DNA from: Pseudomonas phage Luminis
Length of the DNA stretch: 53,253 nt
Sequence record: PQ632788.1
Reading direction: 5' to 3' (one strand)
Part shown: in pieces, positions 10,317 to 20,590 of the stretch
How the letters are laid out: every line of letters begins with the position of its first letter
How positions within the stretch are numbered: the stretch's first letter is position 1
Program-made: the position numbers and the translations under genes
Notes under the pieces: generated by a model
What the model was told of the DNA's origin: nothing
The model's database searches: none
The model's input: the letters and a program-made list of their open reading frames with translations, nothing else

Positions 10317-11306
10317 ATGACCACCCCACGCATCAACGACATCGCCGCCTTCATGAAGGCCCGGCACGACATCTACTTGGACCGCAAGGCCGGGAAGCAC
10401 GGCCCCTGGACCGCGGACCCGGTTCTGCGTGACGGGCGGTTCTGTAACATCTTCCGCGAGCTGGACACCGTGACGATCTGGGTTGAGGAGAACATCCGCA
10501 AGCCCTACGCGGACCACCCGCACCTCTGGTTCATGCTCGCCATCGCCCGCTACATCAATTGGCCGGACACCCTCCGCTATCTGATGGACGAGGCGGAGCC
10601 GGGAACCTGGCCCGATGGGGAGGACTTCGAGCCCGCGAAGCTGACGAAGGCCCTGGAGGACTACGCCGCCGCGGGCAACAAGGTGTACACCGGAGCCTAC
10701 ATGATCCGCGCGGAGTCCGACCCCTCCAAGGAGTGGTACAGCTGGACCAAGCACCGCTACATCGCGGAGATTGTCCTGGGCCGTCTCTGGGAGGACCGCG
10801 AGGAATGGGCACGCGATCTGGAGCCCGCCAAGTCCGGTCTGCCCAAGGTTCCGCGGGCTCCGACCCTCGAAAGCGTGTGGGCCAAATTCCAGCAGCACCG
10901 CTACATCGGCTGGGGTCCGTTCATGGCCTATGAGGTGGTGACCGACCTCCGCCACACCCGCTACCTGCGCAACGCCCCGGACATATACACGTGGGCCAAC
11001 GCCGGTCCCGGGGCGATCCGCGGGCTCAACCGCCTGTATGGGCGCGACCTCGCCGCGAAGCCTCGCCCGGAGCAGACGAACGCGGAAATGATCGAGCTGA
11101 TGCGGGAGCTGAACGCCCTGGACGCCCCGGGCTTCAACGAAACCTTCGGACCGCCGCAGCTCGGGAGCCCGCACGTGGGGCCGCGGTTCGAGGCCCGGGA
11201 CATCGAACACACGCTGTGCGAGTTCGACAAGTATGAGCGCGTGCGCCTGAACGAAGGCAAGATGCGCTCGAAGTATGACTGGCGCAAGGCAACCACCCTC
11301 GCCTGA
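10317..11306 (+). CDS. Hypothetical protein, paralog B of the 6092-6967 protein
   Basis: ATG 10317 with GAGGA RBS. The track ORF 9819-11306 is an artefactual N-terminal extension that overlaps the kinase. Shares the GWGPFMAYEVVTDL motif with paralog A. Confidence 0.65.
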   Translation: MTTPRINDIAAFMKARHDIYLDRKAGKHGPWTADPVLRDGRFCNIFRELDTVTIWVEENIRKPYADHPHLWFMLAIARYINWPDTLRYLMDEAEPGTWPDGEDFEPAKLTKALEDYAAAGNKVYTGAYMIRAESDPSKEWYSWTKHRYIAEIVLGRLWEDREEWARDLEPAKSGLPKVPRAPTLESVWAKFQQHRYIGWGPFMAYEVVTDLRHTRYLRNAPDIYTWANAGPGAIRGLNRLYGRDLAAKPRPEQTNAEMIELMRELNALDAPGFNETFGPPQLGSPHVGPRFEARDIEHTLCEFDKYERVRLNEGKMRSKYDWRKATTLA

Positions 11307-11316
11307 TCGAAACCCC

Positions 11317-11338
11317 GCCGCCGGACCACTCCGGCGGC
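11317..11338 (+). terminator. GC-rich hairpin without U-tract (possible terminator/attenuator)
   Basis: GCCGCCGGA-CCAC-TCCGGCGGC. Confidence 0.3.
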
Positions 11339-11361
11339 ACCAACGAAATGGAGAAACCATC

Positions 11362-11922
11362 ATGGCTGTACGTCTGTCCAATTACATCCGCGAGCAAGTG
11401 CTGAATGCCGTCCTCAAGCACGCCTTCGAGGCCCGCGAAAAAGCCCTGGAGGCGGAGAAGTTCGCCCTGGGGGACGCCGTGTACAACGACATCTACCCGG
11501 AACCGCTCCGCAAGCAGATGGCCGCGCTGCCGGACGGCTTCTTGCCGACCGACAGTGACGTCAAGGTCCAGTTCGAGGGCCAACGCTTCACACACGTGTA
11601 CTTCGGGGAGCGCCGCCGCATCGCCAAGTCCCACGAGTACAGCGCCGCCCGGGTCTATGACGCCAAGCACCCTCTGACCGCCCGCTATGACGCCTGGAAG
11701 AAGGCCCAGGACGATCTGGACGCGGAGAAGTCCAAGGCGAAGTCCTCCGCGGAGGCCGTCCTGAACTCCGTCACCACGGTCAAGAAGTTGATCGAAGTCT
11801 GGCCGGAGGTGGAGCAGTTCGCCCGCCCCTTCGCGGTTGAATCGCCGTCCCGGGCTATCGCCCTGCCGATCCGCGAGCTGAACGCCCGTCTGGGCCTGCC
11901 TCCGCAAACCGCTTCCGCTTGA
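11362..11922 (+). CDS. Hypothetical protein
   Basis: ATG 11362 with GGAG RBS within track ORF 11275-11922. Confidence 0.55.
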   Translation: MAVRLSNYIREQVLNAVLKHAFEAREKALEAEKFALGDAVYNDIYPEPLRKQMAALPDGFLPTDSDVKVQFEGQRFTHVYFGERRRIAKSHEYSAARVYDAKHPLTARYDAWKKAQDDLDAEKSKAKSSAEAVLNSVTTVKKLIEVWPEVEQFARPFAVESPSRAIALPIRELNARLGLPPQTASA

Positions 11923-11935
11923 GTTGGAGTTGAAC

Positions 11936-12991
11936 ATGAAAGTCATCAAAGCCCGCAACGTACAACAGGCCCTCCCGGAGGCCCTGTATCAACTGTCCTT
12001 CGAGGGCGTCCGCCGCGACTCCCGCAACGGTCCCGTGTTCATGTTCCCGGAGCCCGTCACCACCGTGTACCTCCGCCCGGCGGAGCGCGTGCTGTTCTGG
12101 GCGGAACGGGACGCCAACCCCTTCTTCCACCTGATGGAAAGCCTCTGGATGCTGGGCGGACGCAATGACGTGGAGTACGTCGCCCGGTTCGTGGAGCGCA
12201 TGCGCAGCTACTCGGATGACGGCGTGACCTTCCACGGGGCCTACGGCTTCCGCTGGCGCCAGCACTTCTTCGAGGACCAGCTGCCCAGGATCATCGCCGC
12301 CCTGAAGGCGAACCGCGATGACCGCCGCCAGGTCCTTTCGATGTGGGACGCGGACGCGGACCTGGGCCGCCAAGGCAAGGACCTCCCCTGCAACCTTCAG
12401 GCCATCTTCCAGATCGCCTGCGACGGTCGCCTGGACATGACCGTGACCAACCGTTCCAACGACCTGATCTGGGGAGCCTACGGGGCCAACGCGGTCCACT
12501 TCAGCTACCTCCATGAGTACGTCGCCCGGAGTGTCGGGGTGGAACAAGGCATCTACCGCCAAGTCAGCGCCAACTTCCACGCCTATGAGGAGGTGCTGGG
12601 CAAGGTCGCCCCGCTCGCGGACCTCGCCGCCAACCCAATGACCGGGAAGGAGACGCCCGACCCCTACGCCGCCGGGATCGCGGAGCCCTACCCGCTGATG
12701 TCCACGGACCCGGAGGAGTGGAACCAGGAGCTGATGATGTTCCTGAGCGAGCCGGACGCCGTGGGCTTCCGTGACCCGTTCTTCCGTCGCGTGGCGATCC
12801 CGATGTTGAAGGCCCACAAGGCTTTCAAGCAGACCTCCAACCCCTCCCGCTTTGACGCCGCCTTGGCGGAGCTGGACAACGTCGCCGCCACCGACTGGAA
12901 GCTGGCCGGGGTGGAGTGGATCGAACGCCGCCGCGCCGCCTTCGAGGCTCGCAAGGCCCGGGCGATGGACGATGGCGTGGCGTATGAGTGA
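11936..12991 (+). CDS. Thymidylate synthase family enzyme, divergent (candidate dUMP/dCMP hydroxymethylase)
   Basis: ThyA-family motifs DLPCNLQAIFQ (active-site Cys region) and TNRSNDLIWGAYGANAVHFSYLHEYVA. The canonical CHxxFQF is replaced by CNLQAIFQ. Confidence 0.75.
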   Translation: MKVIKARNVQQALPEALYQLSFEGVRRDSRNGPVFMFPEPVTTVYLRPAERVLFWAERDANPFFHLMESLWMLGGRNDVEYVARFVERMRSYSDDGVTFHGAYGFRWRQHFFEDQLPRIIAALKANRDDRRQVLSMWDADADLGRQGKDLPCNLQAIFQIACDGRLDMTVTNRSNDLIWGAYGANAVHFSYLHEYVARSVGVEQGIYRQVSANFHAYEEVLGKVAPLADLAANPMTGKETPDPYAAGIAEPYPLMSTDPEEWNQELMMFLSEPDAVGFRDPFFRRVAIPMLKAHKAFKQTSNPSRFDAALAELDNVAATDWKLAGVEWIERRRAAFEARKARAMDDGVAYE

Positions 12992-13003
12992 GGAGACGGA
13001 ACA

Positions 13004-13639
13004 ATGGGAAGCCTGATGAGCAAGATTCATGACGAGGAGCGCGAGGCGGAGGAGCTGAACCGCCGCGCCGCCCGCCCGCTCCTGACCCGGATCGCCGCGA
13101 CCCGGGAGGCCGGGACGGTCCGCCGGTGCCACATCGTCCCGCACCACGGTCAGTACAACATCGCCCAGCACAGCTACGGGGCCGTGAGCCTCCTCCTGCT
13201 GCTCCACCCGCACCCGTCGCTGAACCTGATCAAGGCGGTCCAGTGGCACGACTGCGCGGAGCGTTGGTTGGGCGACATTCCGGCCCCGGCGAAGTGGACC
13301 CACTCCGAACTCGGGAAGGTGTATGAGGAGGCGGAACGCCGCGTGCTGGCGACCCTGGGCCTGCTCCCGGGCCTTCTCCCTGACGAGGAGGACTGGTTGA
13401 AGGCCGTGGACACCCTCGAACTGTGGCTATGGTGCCGGGAGGAAGAAGCCCTGGGCAACGAAGCGGTCACGGCCATGCGGAGGGCATGCGAGGCGGTGAC
13501 GGAGAAGCGGGGCCTGGAGGGTAGCCTGCCCGAACCCGTCCGCGCCTTCTACGTGGCAGCGAAGCACCAGCCGCATCGCCGTCTCTCGGACTTCTTCGAG
13601 GAGGTGGTGCGCGATGGACTTGGAGAAGCTGCGACGTGA
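13004..13639 (+). CDS. HD-domain phosphohydrolase
   Basis: H..HD-type motifs CHIVPHHGQYNIAQHSYG and QWHDCAERWLGD. Confidence 0.7.
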   Translation: MGSLMSKIHDEEREAEELNRRAARPLLTRIAATREAGTVRRCHIVPHHGQYNIAQHSYGAVSLLLLLHPHPSLNLIKAVQWHDCAERWLGDIPAPAKWTHSELGKVYEEAERRVLATLGLLPGLLPDEEDWLKAVDTLELWLWCREEEALGNEAVTAMRRACEAVTEKRGLEGSLPEPVRAFYVAAKHQPHRRLSDFFEEVVRDGLGEAAT

Positions 13640-13841
13640 TTGGGCGGAGGACCCGCAGCTGAAGTTCTACGCCTTCGACACGGTGGAAGAACTCGCTGCG
13701 CACCTCCGCAAGGTCCATACAGATATGATGAACGGGGAGCACGGGTGTTTTGGGTACTTGTACCGCCAGCAGACACTCCGGCTCCGGGAACTGATGAAGG
13801 AGTTACAAGATGAGCGTGAACGAAAAGCAAGTGGGCGGTGA
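13614..13841 (+). CDS. Hypothetical small protein
   Basis: GAGGAGG RBS. 26 nt overlap with the HD gene end. Moderately high GC3. Confidence 0.45.
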   Translation: MDLEKLRRDWAEDPQLKFYAFDTVEELAAHLRKVHTDMMNGEHGCFGYLYRQQTLRLRELMKELQDERERKASGR

Positions 13842-14196
13842 GCACTACCGCTCGCCCGTCCAACACTGGGACTATGTGGAGCTGAACGGCCTCCGCTACA
13901 CCGAAGGCTGCGCGACCAAGTACGCGACCCGCAACCGCAAGAAGCACGAGGACCCGCGCCAGGACCTTGAGAAGGCGATCCACTACGTGGAGAAGGTCCA
14001 GGACCTGTACCGCAACGGGGTCCTGCTGCCCCGCTCCGCCCCCGTGGTCATTACCCCGGACGCCTTCGCCGCCGCGAACGGGCTGACGGAGGACGAAGCC
14101 GAAGTGGTCCGCATCCTCACCTTCTGGGAGTCCGACCCGGAGCTGACCGCGGCCCTGAACCTCCTCCGCCGGATGATTGCGGAGGTCGGAGCCTGA
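13810..14196 (+). CDS. DUF3310-like phage protein
   Basis: Pattern GGEHY...QHWDY...KYATRNRKKHEDPRQDLEKAIHY resembles DUF3310. Confidence 0.55.
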   Translation: MSVNEKQVGGEHYRSPVQHWDYVELNGLRYTEGCATKYATRNRKKHEDPRQDLEKAIHYVEKVQDLYRNGVLLPRSAPVVITPDAFAAANGLTEDEAEVVRILTFWESDPELTAALNLLRRMIAEVGA

Positions 14197-16190
14197 TGTC
14201 ATACCTCCAACCACCCCTGTTCACGACCGTCTCCAGCGACTGGGTGGCCCCGGACCTCAGCACCCTCCCCTCGTGGGAGGGGGCCAAGCGGGTCGCCATC
14301 GACTGCGAGACGCGGGACCCGGACCTGCGCAAACTCGGGCCGGGGGCGGGCCGTCGCCCGAACAGCTACATCACCGGCATCAGCTTCGCAATCGAGGACG
14401 GCCCGGGCGGGTACTTGCCCATCAGACACGAAGGCGGGGGCAACCTCCCGCTGGAGGGCGTGCTGGCCTACCTCCGCGCCCAGGCAAAGGTGTTCACCGG
14501 CGACCTCGTGGGGGCCAACCTCCCGTATGACCTGGACTTCCTCGCCGGGGACGGCATCGAGTTCGAGCGGGTCCGCTACTTCCGTGACATCCAGATCGCT
14601 GACCCGCTGATCTGCGAACTCCACGACAGCTACAGCATGCAAGCTATCGCGGAGCGGTGGGGCTTCCACGGCAAGGACGAAGCCCTGCTGCGCGCCGCCG
14701 CGGTCGATTATGGGATTGACCCGAAGAAGGACATGTGGATGCTCCCGGCCAAGTTTGTCGGGAAGTACGCGGAGGAGGACACGCGCCTGCCTCTGAACAT
14801 CCTTCGCCGTCAGGAGCGGGAGATTGATGAGCAGGACCTCTGGGGCGTGTACAACCTGGAGTCCAAGCTGCTCCCGATCCTCACCCGCCTTCGCCGCCGG
14901 GGCGTCCGAATCGACTGCGACCGCCTGGACATGATTGAGCGTTGGGCGCTGGAGAAGGAGGCGGAGGCCCTGGCCCAAGTCCGGTCGATCACCGGCCACC
15001 GGATCGCCGTGGGGGATGTCTGGAAGCCGGAGGTGATCGCCCCCGCCCTCGAACACATCGGCATCAAGCTGAACAAGACCTCCCAGGGCAAGCCCAACAT
15101 CGACAAGGAGCTGCTGGGCTCAATCGACCACCCCGTGGCGGACCTCCTCGAACGTGCCCGGAAGGTGAACAAGCTGCGCACGACCTTCGCCAGCTCCGTC
15201 CGGGACCATATGGTGAATGGGCGTCTCCACGGGACGTTCAACCAGCTTCGCCGCCAGAAGGATGACGAAAGCGACGGGACCGCGGGCGCTGCCTACGGGC
15301 GACTGTCCAGCGAACACCCGAACCTCCAGCAGCAACCGGCTCGGGATGAGTTCGCCATGATGTGGCGTGCCATCTACCTCCCGGAGGAAGGCCAACACTG
15401 GGCATCCAACGACTACAGCCAGCAGGAGCCCCGGATGGCGGTTCACTACGCCTGCCTGGCGAAGGACCTGATTGGGCACCAGGCCTGGCTTTCGGCTATC
15501 GAAGCCCGCGACAAGTACCGCAACGACCCGAACACCGACAACCACCAGATGATGGCGGACATGGCGGGGATCAAGCGCAAGGACGCCAAGGAAATCTACC
15601 TGGGCCTGTCCTACGGGATGGGTGGGGCGAAGATGTGCCGCAAGCTCGGACTCCCGACGATGATGGCCGTGCGCGGCCCCCGCTTCCAGCTGTTCGACGT
15701 GAACAGCCCGGAGGGTCAGCGCCTGGTCGCGGAAGGGGCGCGGAGGTTCGAGGCCGCGGGGCCGGAAGGTCAGGCCCTCCTGGACACCTTCGACCGCCGC
15801 GTGCCGTTCATCAAGAAGCTGGCGAAGGCCTGCGAAGCCCGGGCGAAGGCCGTGGGCTATATCACCACGCTGTCGGGCCGTCGCTGCCGCTTCCCGAAGG
15901 ACCGTGACGGGAACTTCGACTGGACGCACAAGGGCCTGAACCGGCTGATTCAGGGCTCCTCCGCGGACCAGACCAAGATGGCTATGGTTGCCTGCGCGGA
16001 AGCCGGACTGGACATCATCATCCAGGTCCATGATGAGATCGCCTTCAGCGTACACGACATGAAGGAGGCCGCGGAAGCCGCCCATATCATGCGGACGTGC
16101 ACGCCGCTCGAACTCCCCTCCAAGGTGGACGTGGAGATTGGGCAGAGTTGGGGTCACTCCATGGGCTGGGACGGGAACCCACCATCATGA
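14196..16190 (+). CDS. DNA polymerase, family A, with 3'-5' exonuclease domain
   Basis: Exo I motif IAIDCETRD. Polymerase motif A DYSQQEPRMAV. Motif C QVHDEIAF. Confidence 0.9.
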   Translation: MSYLQPPLFTTVSSDWVAPDLSTLPSWEGAKRVAIDCETRDPDLRKLGPGAGRRPNSYITGISFAIEDGPGGYLPIRHEGGGNLPLEGVLAYLRAQAKVFTGDLVGANLPYDLDFLAGDGIEFERVRYFRDIQIADPLICELHDSYSMQAIAERWGFHGKDEALLRAAAVDYGIDPKKDMWMLPAKFVGKYAEEDTRLPLNILRRQEREIDEQDLWGVYNLESKLLPILTRLRRRGVRIDCDRLDMIERWALEKEAEALAQVRSITGHRIAVGDVWKPEVIAPALEHIGIKLNKTSQGKPNIDKELLGSIDHPVADLLERARKVNKLRTTFASSVRDHMVNGRLHGTFNQLRRQKDDESDGTAGAAYGRLSSEHPNLQQQPARDEFAMMWRAIYLPEEGQHWASNDYSQQEPRMAVHYACLAKDLIGHQAWLSAIEARDKYRNDPNTDNHQMMADMAGIKRKDAKEIYLGLSYGMGGAKMCRKLGLPTMMAVRGPRFQLFDVNSPEGQRLVAEGARRFEAAGPEGQALLDTFDRRVPFIKKLAKACEARAKAVGYITTLSGRRCRFPKDRDGNFDWTHKGLNRLIQGSSADQTKMAMVACAEAGLDIIIQVHDEIAFSVHDMKEAAEAAHIMRTCTPLELPSKVDVEIGQSWGHSMGWDGNPPS

Positions 16191-16501
16191 AATTCTGCTA
16201 TCAGTGTGACGCGCAGGTCACTTACTTGTTTGCGGACGCACGCTGCGCAAAGTGTACCCGCCTGACCCCGGAGGAAGTCCGGGGCGAACCCCTGGAGAAT
16301 GATATGCGCCGCAGCAACGACAACACCGTGGACCTCGAAGTGGTCATCAAGCGCGAGACAGACAAGGCATACCTCATCGACCACGGCGGTGAGGAGGAAG
16401 TCTGGATGCCCAAGTCACAGGTCCGCGCGGTCGAGAAGAAAGGCCGCACAGCGACCCTGACCGTCACCGAATGGATCGCCAACGAGAAGGGGCTGATATG
16501 A
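16187..16501 (+). CDS. Hypothetical zinc-ribbon protein
   Basis: ATGA overlap with the polymerase stop. N-terminal CYQCD...CAKC motif. Confidence 0.5.
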   Translation: MKFCYQCDAQVTYLFADARCAKCTRLTPEEVRGEPLENDMRRSNDNTVDLEVVIKRETDKAYLIDHGGEEEVWMPKSQVRAVEKKGRTATLTVTEWIANEKGLI

Positions 16502-16959
16502 GCGAGCGCCAGGACCGCTGGGACCGCCGCTATGTTGGGCTGGCCCAACACGTCGCGGGCTGGAGCAAGGACCCCTCCACGAAGGTCGGAGCCGTCCTGG
16601 TTCGGCCTAACAACAGCGTGGCTTCGACCGGGTTCAACGGCTTCCCGCCCGGGCACGATGATTCGCCGGAGCTGTACGCTGACCGCGGGTACAAGTACCA
16701 GCACGTTGTTCACGCTGAGGTCAATGCGCTCAACTTTTTAGGCTCGCCTGCGACTGGCTTCACGCTCTATACTTCTTTCCCCTGCTGTCCGAACTGTATG
16801 GAGGCTGCGGGGAAGGCGGGCGTGAAGCGGGTCGCCTTCCCGGGCATCGACTACACGGGCCGCGATCCGGGGTGGGTTGCTGAGTGGAATCGACGCATTG
16901 ACGAGGCTCTGGAAGTCGCCCGCCGCTACAACATCGAAGTGAGGTGGGTTGATGTCTGA
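16498..16959 (+). CDS. dCMP/cytidine deaminase
   Basis: Zinc-binding deaminase motifs HAEVNAL and PCCPNC. Confidence 0.85.
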   Translation: MSERQDRWDRRYVGLAQHVAGWSKDPSTKVGAVLVRPNNSVASTGFNGFPPGHDDSPELYADRGYKYQHVVHAEVNALNFLGSPATGFTLYTSFPCCPNCMEAAGKAGVKRVAFPGIDYTGRDPGWVAEWNRRIDEALEVARRYNIEVRWVDV

Positions 16960-17350
16960 AGCCGCAATGTGGGATTCCCTCCGCCCCGTCATCCGGTCGC
17001 TGGACCCGGTGCGCGTGGAGAACCCCATTGTGCCCGGGACCCCGGATGTGAACTACAACCAGGGCTGGATTGAATTGAAGTTCGCTGAACGCTGGCCGCC
17101 CAGGGGCGGACCGCTTCGAGTGGACCACTTCACCCGCCAGCAGAGGACCTGGCTGACCCGTCGCCGCAAGGCCGGGGGCCGGGCCTTCCTCCTGCTGAAG
17201 GTCGGGGAGACGGAGTGGTTGCTATTCGATGGAGCGGTGGCCGCTGCTATGCTGGGCCAGGTTCCGCGAGAACGCCTGTATGAGGTCTGTGTCGCACGTT
17301 GGACACGCCTTCCAAGAACCAAGGAGATTTGTACATGTCTGCTACAGTGA
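16952..17350 (+). CDS. Putative PD-(D/E)XK nuclease-like protein (VRR-NUC / resolvase-like)
   Basis: Candidate D...ELK core in PDVNYNQGWIELK. GAGGTG RBS. Confidence 0.4.
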   Translation: MSEAAMWDSLRPVIRSLDPVRVENPIVPGTPDVNYNQGWIELKFAERWPPRGGPLRVDHFTRQQRTWLTRRRKAGGRAFLLLKVGETEWLLFDGAVAAAMLGQVPRERLYEVCVARWTRLPRTKEICTCLLQ

Positions 17351-17661
17351 CACCAACCAAAGGCGAAAGCCTACTGCTACACCGCCGCCGCAAGGGCCTC
17401 AACCAAATTGAGGCCGCGAAGGAGTACGGGGTGCACCCGGACCGCTACCGTGAATGGGAAGCGGACCGCCGCCTGGACGATCAACCGCGCCAGCACCTCG
17501 GACAACTGAAGCCCCACGAGGTCTGCTTGCTGTTCCGCCGCCGCTCGGGTAAGACCCAGCGCGAAATCGCCGCCGCTCTGGGCTGCACTCGCCTCTGGCT
17601 GATTCAAATGGAAAGTGGGAACGCCCCCGTGGAGCGCCTGCGCGAATACTGGGGGTTTTGA
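17335..17661 (+). CDS. HTH (XRE-like) DNA-binding protein
   Basis: ATG 17335 with AAGGAG RBS. Two helix-turn-helix-like segments (LNQIEAAKEYGVHPDRYREWE and TQREIAAALGCTRLWLIQME). Confidence 0.5.
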   Translation: MSATVTPTKGESLLLHRRRKGLNQIEAAKEYGVHPDRYREWEADRRLDDQPRQHLGQLKPHEVCLLFRRRSGKTQREIAAALGCTRLWLIQMESGNAPVERLREYWGF

Positions 17662-17662
17662 C

Positions 17663-18166
17663 ATGACCTGCGGCATCTACTTGATCAACCATAAACCCTC
17701 CGGGCGGAAGTACGTGGGGCAAGCCCGGAACGTGGAAGAACGCTGGGAACGTCACCGCAAGGGCGACACAAACCGCTATCTGCGCGAAATCGTTGCGACC
17801 GAAGGACCGGAGGCCCTGGAGTTCCAGCTGCTCGAAGTCGCGGAGCCGGAGAACCTGAACGCCCGGGAAATCTTCTGGATTGGGCAACACGCCAGTATGT
17901 ATCCGCAAGGCTTCAACCTCACCGCGGGCGGGAAGGTCCCTGACTCGGTTTCGCCGGAGGTCCGCCAGATACTGTCCCAGGCCCAGCGCAAGGCTTGGGA
18001 GGGCGACCCGAAGCGGAAGCAGCGACAAGCTGAATTGGGCCGTCAACGCATGGCGCAGGACGGCTACCGGGAAAGGACTGTCTGTTCACCGGAGGCCCGG
18101 GCGAAGATTGCCGCGGGTATGAAGGAACGGGCAGGTGAGATGAATCGCAAGCGGTGGGGGAATTAA
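17663..18166 (+). CDS. GIY-YIG homing endonuclease
   Basis: GIYLINHKPSGRKYVGQARNVEERWERH core. C-terminal NUMOD-like repeats. Confidence 0.8.
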   Translation: MTCGIYLINHKPSGRKYVGQARNVEERWERHRKGDTNRYLREIVATEGPEALEFQLLEVAEPENLNAREIFWIGQHASMYPQGFNLTAGGKVPDSVSPEVRQILSQAQRKAWEGDPKRKQRQAELGRQRMAQDGYRERTVCSPEARAKIAAGMKERAGEMNRKRWGN

Positions 18167-18168
18167 CA

Positions 18169-20580
18169 ATGGCGGAACTGCCGAAACACAAGACCAAGGA
18201 CGCCATCGACTTCTTGAAGAAGTGGTGCCCGGAAGGGCCGTGGGTCCTGACGGCCATCATCCCGGACGGGAAAACGGAGACGGTCACATTCATGCCCGAC
18301 CGCTGGCAGAAGGCCGCGGAGTGGATCGAAGGACATCAGGGCAAGCGCAACCTGTACTTCCACGTGAACCCGGTCCGCCGGGCGATGGACGTGAAAGCCT
18401 CGAAGGAGGACATGGCCCGCCTCGCCTGGCTTCACGTGGACATCGACCCGCGAGCCGGGGAGGACTTCGAGGAGGAGCGGGCGCGGGCGCTGAAGCTGCT
18501 CCAGTCCTACACGCCCAAGCCCACGGTCATCATCGACTCGGGCGGGGGCTATCAGGGCTTTTGGCGTCTGAATCCGTCCGACAAGCTGGACATCGCCGGA
18601 TCGGTGGCGAAGGCTCAGGAGCTGGAAGCGTACAACATCCAGCTGGAGAAGGTGTTTCAGGCGGACCACTGCCACAACGTGGACCGCATCATGCGCCTCC
18701 CGGGCACGATCAACATGCCCACCGCGAAGAAGGTCAAGAAGGGTCGCCAGCCGACCCTCGCCCGTCTCGTGGAGTGGAATGAGGCCAGCTACCCCATCGA
18801 GCAATTCACCCCCGCGGTTCGAGTCCAGATGGCGGAGCAGGGCCTGGCCGGGGGCCGTCCGAAGGTGAAGATCACGGGCAACGTCCCGGACATCGGGACG
18901 GAGGAGCTGCGGGAGTGGGCCCATGAGCACGGGAAGGCTATCAGCGACCACGTACTGGCGCTGATTGCTACTGGGCAGGACCCGCTGGACCCGACCAAGT
19001 ACCCCTCCCGGTCGGAAGCCCTGTTCAAGGTCTGCTGCGACCTCGTGCGGGCGGAGGTCCCTGATGAAATGATCTTCGCGGTGATCACCGGCTCCAACGA
19101 AATCGCCGCGAGCGTCAGAGACAAGCCGAACTGGGAAGGCTACGCCCTGCGGCAGATCGAACGTGCCCACGAGGAGGCGGTGGACCCTTGGCTGCGCAAG
19201 CTCAACGAGAAGCACGCCGTCATCGCAGACATCGGCGGGAAGTGCCGCATCATCAGCGAGGTCTGGGACCCGGCGATGAAGCGGACCAAAATCAGCAAGC
19301 AGTCCTTCGAGGACTTCCGCAACCGCTACCGCCACATCAAGGTAGTGGTTGGGCACTCGGAGGAGGGCAAGCCCATCGAGAAGGCCGCGGGAGCCTTCTG
19401 GATTGATCACCCCCAGCGCCGCCAATATGAGACCATCGTGTTTGCCCCCGGCCAGGAGGTCGAAGAAGCCTACAACCTCTGGCGCGGGTTCGCGTGCGAC
19501 TCCCTCCCGGGCGAGAAGCACATGCCCTTCCTGAACCACATCCGCGACAACGTCTGCTCAGGGAACCCGGAGCACTACCACTACCTGATCGGGTGGATGG
19601 CGCGGATGGTCCAGCACCCGGACGGCCCGGGCGAAGTGGCCGTGGTCCTCCGCGGTCGCCGCGGCACCGGCAAGTCCTTCTTCGCCAAGGTCCTGGGCGC
19701 GATGTTCGGGCGTCACTACCTCCAAGTCAGCGACTCGAAGCACCTGGTGGGCTCTTTCAACGCCCACCTCCGCGATACCGTCCTGCTGTTCGGTGATGAG
19801 GCTTTCTTCGCCGGGGACAAGAAGCACGAAAGCGTGCTCAAGACCCTCGTGACCGAAGAACACCTGGTGATCGAGGGCAAGGGCGTGGACGCGGAAGCGG
19901 CCCCGAACTATGTCCACCTGGTCCTCGCCTCGAACGAAGATTGGGTGGTGCCCGCGGGTCTGGATGAACGCCGGTTCTTCGTCATGGAGGTGGGCGAGGG
20001 ACACAAGCAGGACCACGCCTATTTCAAGCGCATCAAGGACGATCTGGACAACGGAGGACTTGAGCACCTGCTCCACTTCCTCCTGACCTATGACCTGAGC
20101 GCCTTCGAGGTTCGCCAGGTCCCCCAGACCCGGGCGCTGCAGGACCAGAAGATCATGAGCATGTCGCCGGAAACCCAGTGGATGTATGAGAAGCTGTGGG
20201 AGGGCCGGTTGCTCAAGACCGACCAGGACTGGCGGAACAAGGTGGTGAAGGACAGCCTGTATGACGACTACGTGAACGACCTCCGCGACCAGGGCCGGAA
20301 CTTCCGCATGAGCCGCACCGGCTTCGGCAAGTGGCTTGCCCGGGCCTTCCCGGACGGCTGGCCGCAGTCGAAGCAGGAAATGGCGGAGATTCCATGGACC
20401 AATGAGCACGGCTTCGAGGTCATGATCAAGAAGCGCGTGTACATGTACTACCTCCCGCCGCTGTCCGATGTCCGCAACCACTGGGACAAGAACTTTGGCG
20501 GACCCTTCGACTGGCCCAAGGTCGAGCCCCATCAGGAACCCCTGGCGGACGGCCCGAAGTCGGACAAGCCCCCATTCTGA
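18169..20580 (+). CDS. Primase-polymerase / SF3 (D5/P4-alpha-like) helicase fusion
   Basis: N-terminal prim-pol-like domain. C-terminal Walker A VVLRGRRGTGKSFFAKVLG and LVLASNE Walker B region. Confidence 0.8.
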   Translation: MAELPKHKTKDAIDFLKKWCPEGPWVLTAIIPDGKTETVTFMPDRWQKAAEWIEGHQGKRNLYFHVNPVRRAMDVKASKEDMARLAWLHVDIDPRAGEDFEEERARALKLLQSYTPKPTVIIDSGGGYQGFWRLNPSDKLDIAGSVAKAQELEAYNIQLEKVFQADHCHNVDRIMRLPGTINMPTAKKVKKGRQPTLARLVEWNEASYPIEQFTPAVRVQMAEQGLAGGRPKVKITGNVPDIGTEELREWAHEHGKAISDHVLALIATGQDPLDPTKYPSRSEALFKVCCDLVRAEVPDEMIFAVITGSNEIAASVRDKPNWEGYALRQIERAHEEAVDPWLRKLNEKHAVIADIGGKCRIISEVWDPAMKRTKISKQSFEDFRNRYRHIKVVVGHSEEGKPIEKAAGAFWIDHPQRRQYETIVFAPGQEVEEAYNLWRGFACDSLPGEKHMPFLNHIRDNVCSGNPEHYHYLIGWMARMVQHPDGPGEVAVVLRGRRGTGKSFFAKVLGAMFGRHYLQVSDSKHLVGSFNAHLRDTVLLFGDEAFFAGDKKHESVLKTLVTEEHLVIEGKGVDAEAAPNYVHLVLASNEDWVVPAGLDERRFFVMEVGEGHKQDHAYFKRIKDDLDNGGLEHLLHFLLTYDLSAFEVRQVPQTRALQDQKIMSMSPETQWMYEKLWEGRLLKTDQDWRNKVVKDSLYDDYVNDLRDQGRNFRMSRTGFGKWLARAFPDGWPQSKQEMAEIPWTNEHGFEVMIKKRVYMYYLPPLSDVRNHWDKNFGGPFDWPKVEPHQEPLADGPKSDKPPF

Positions 20581-20590
20581 GGAACCCTCC

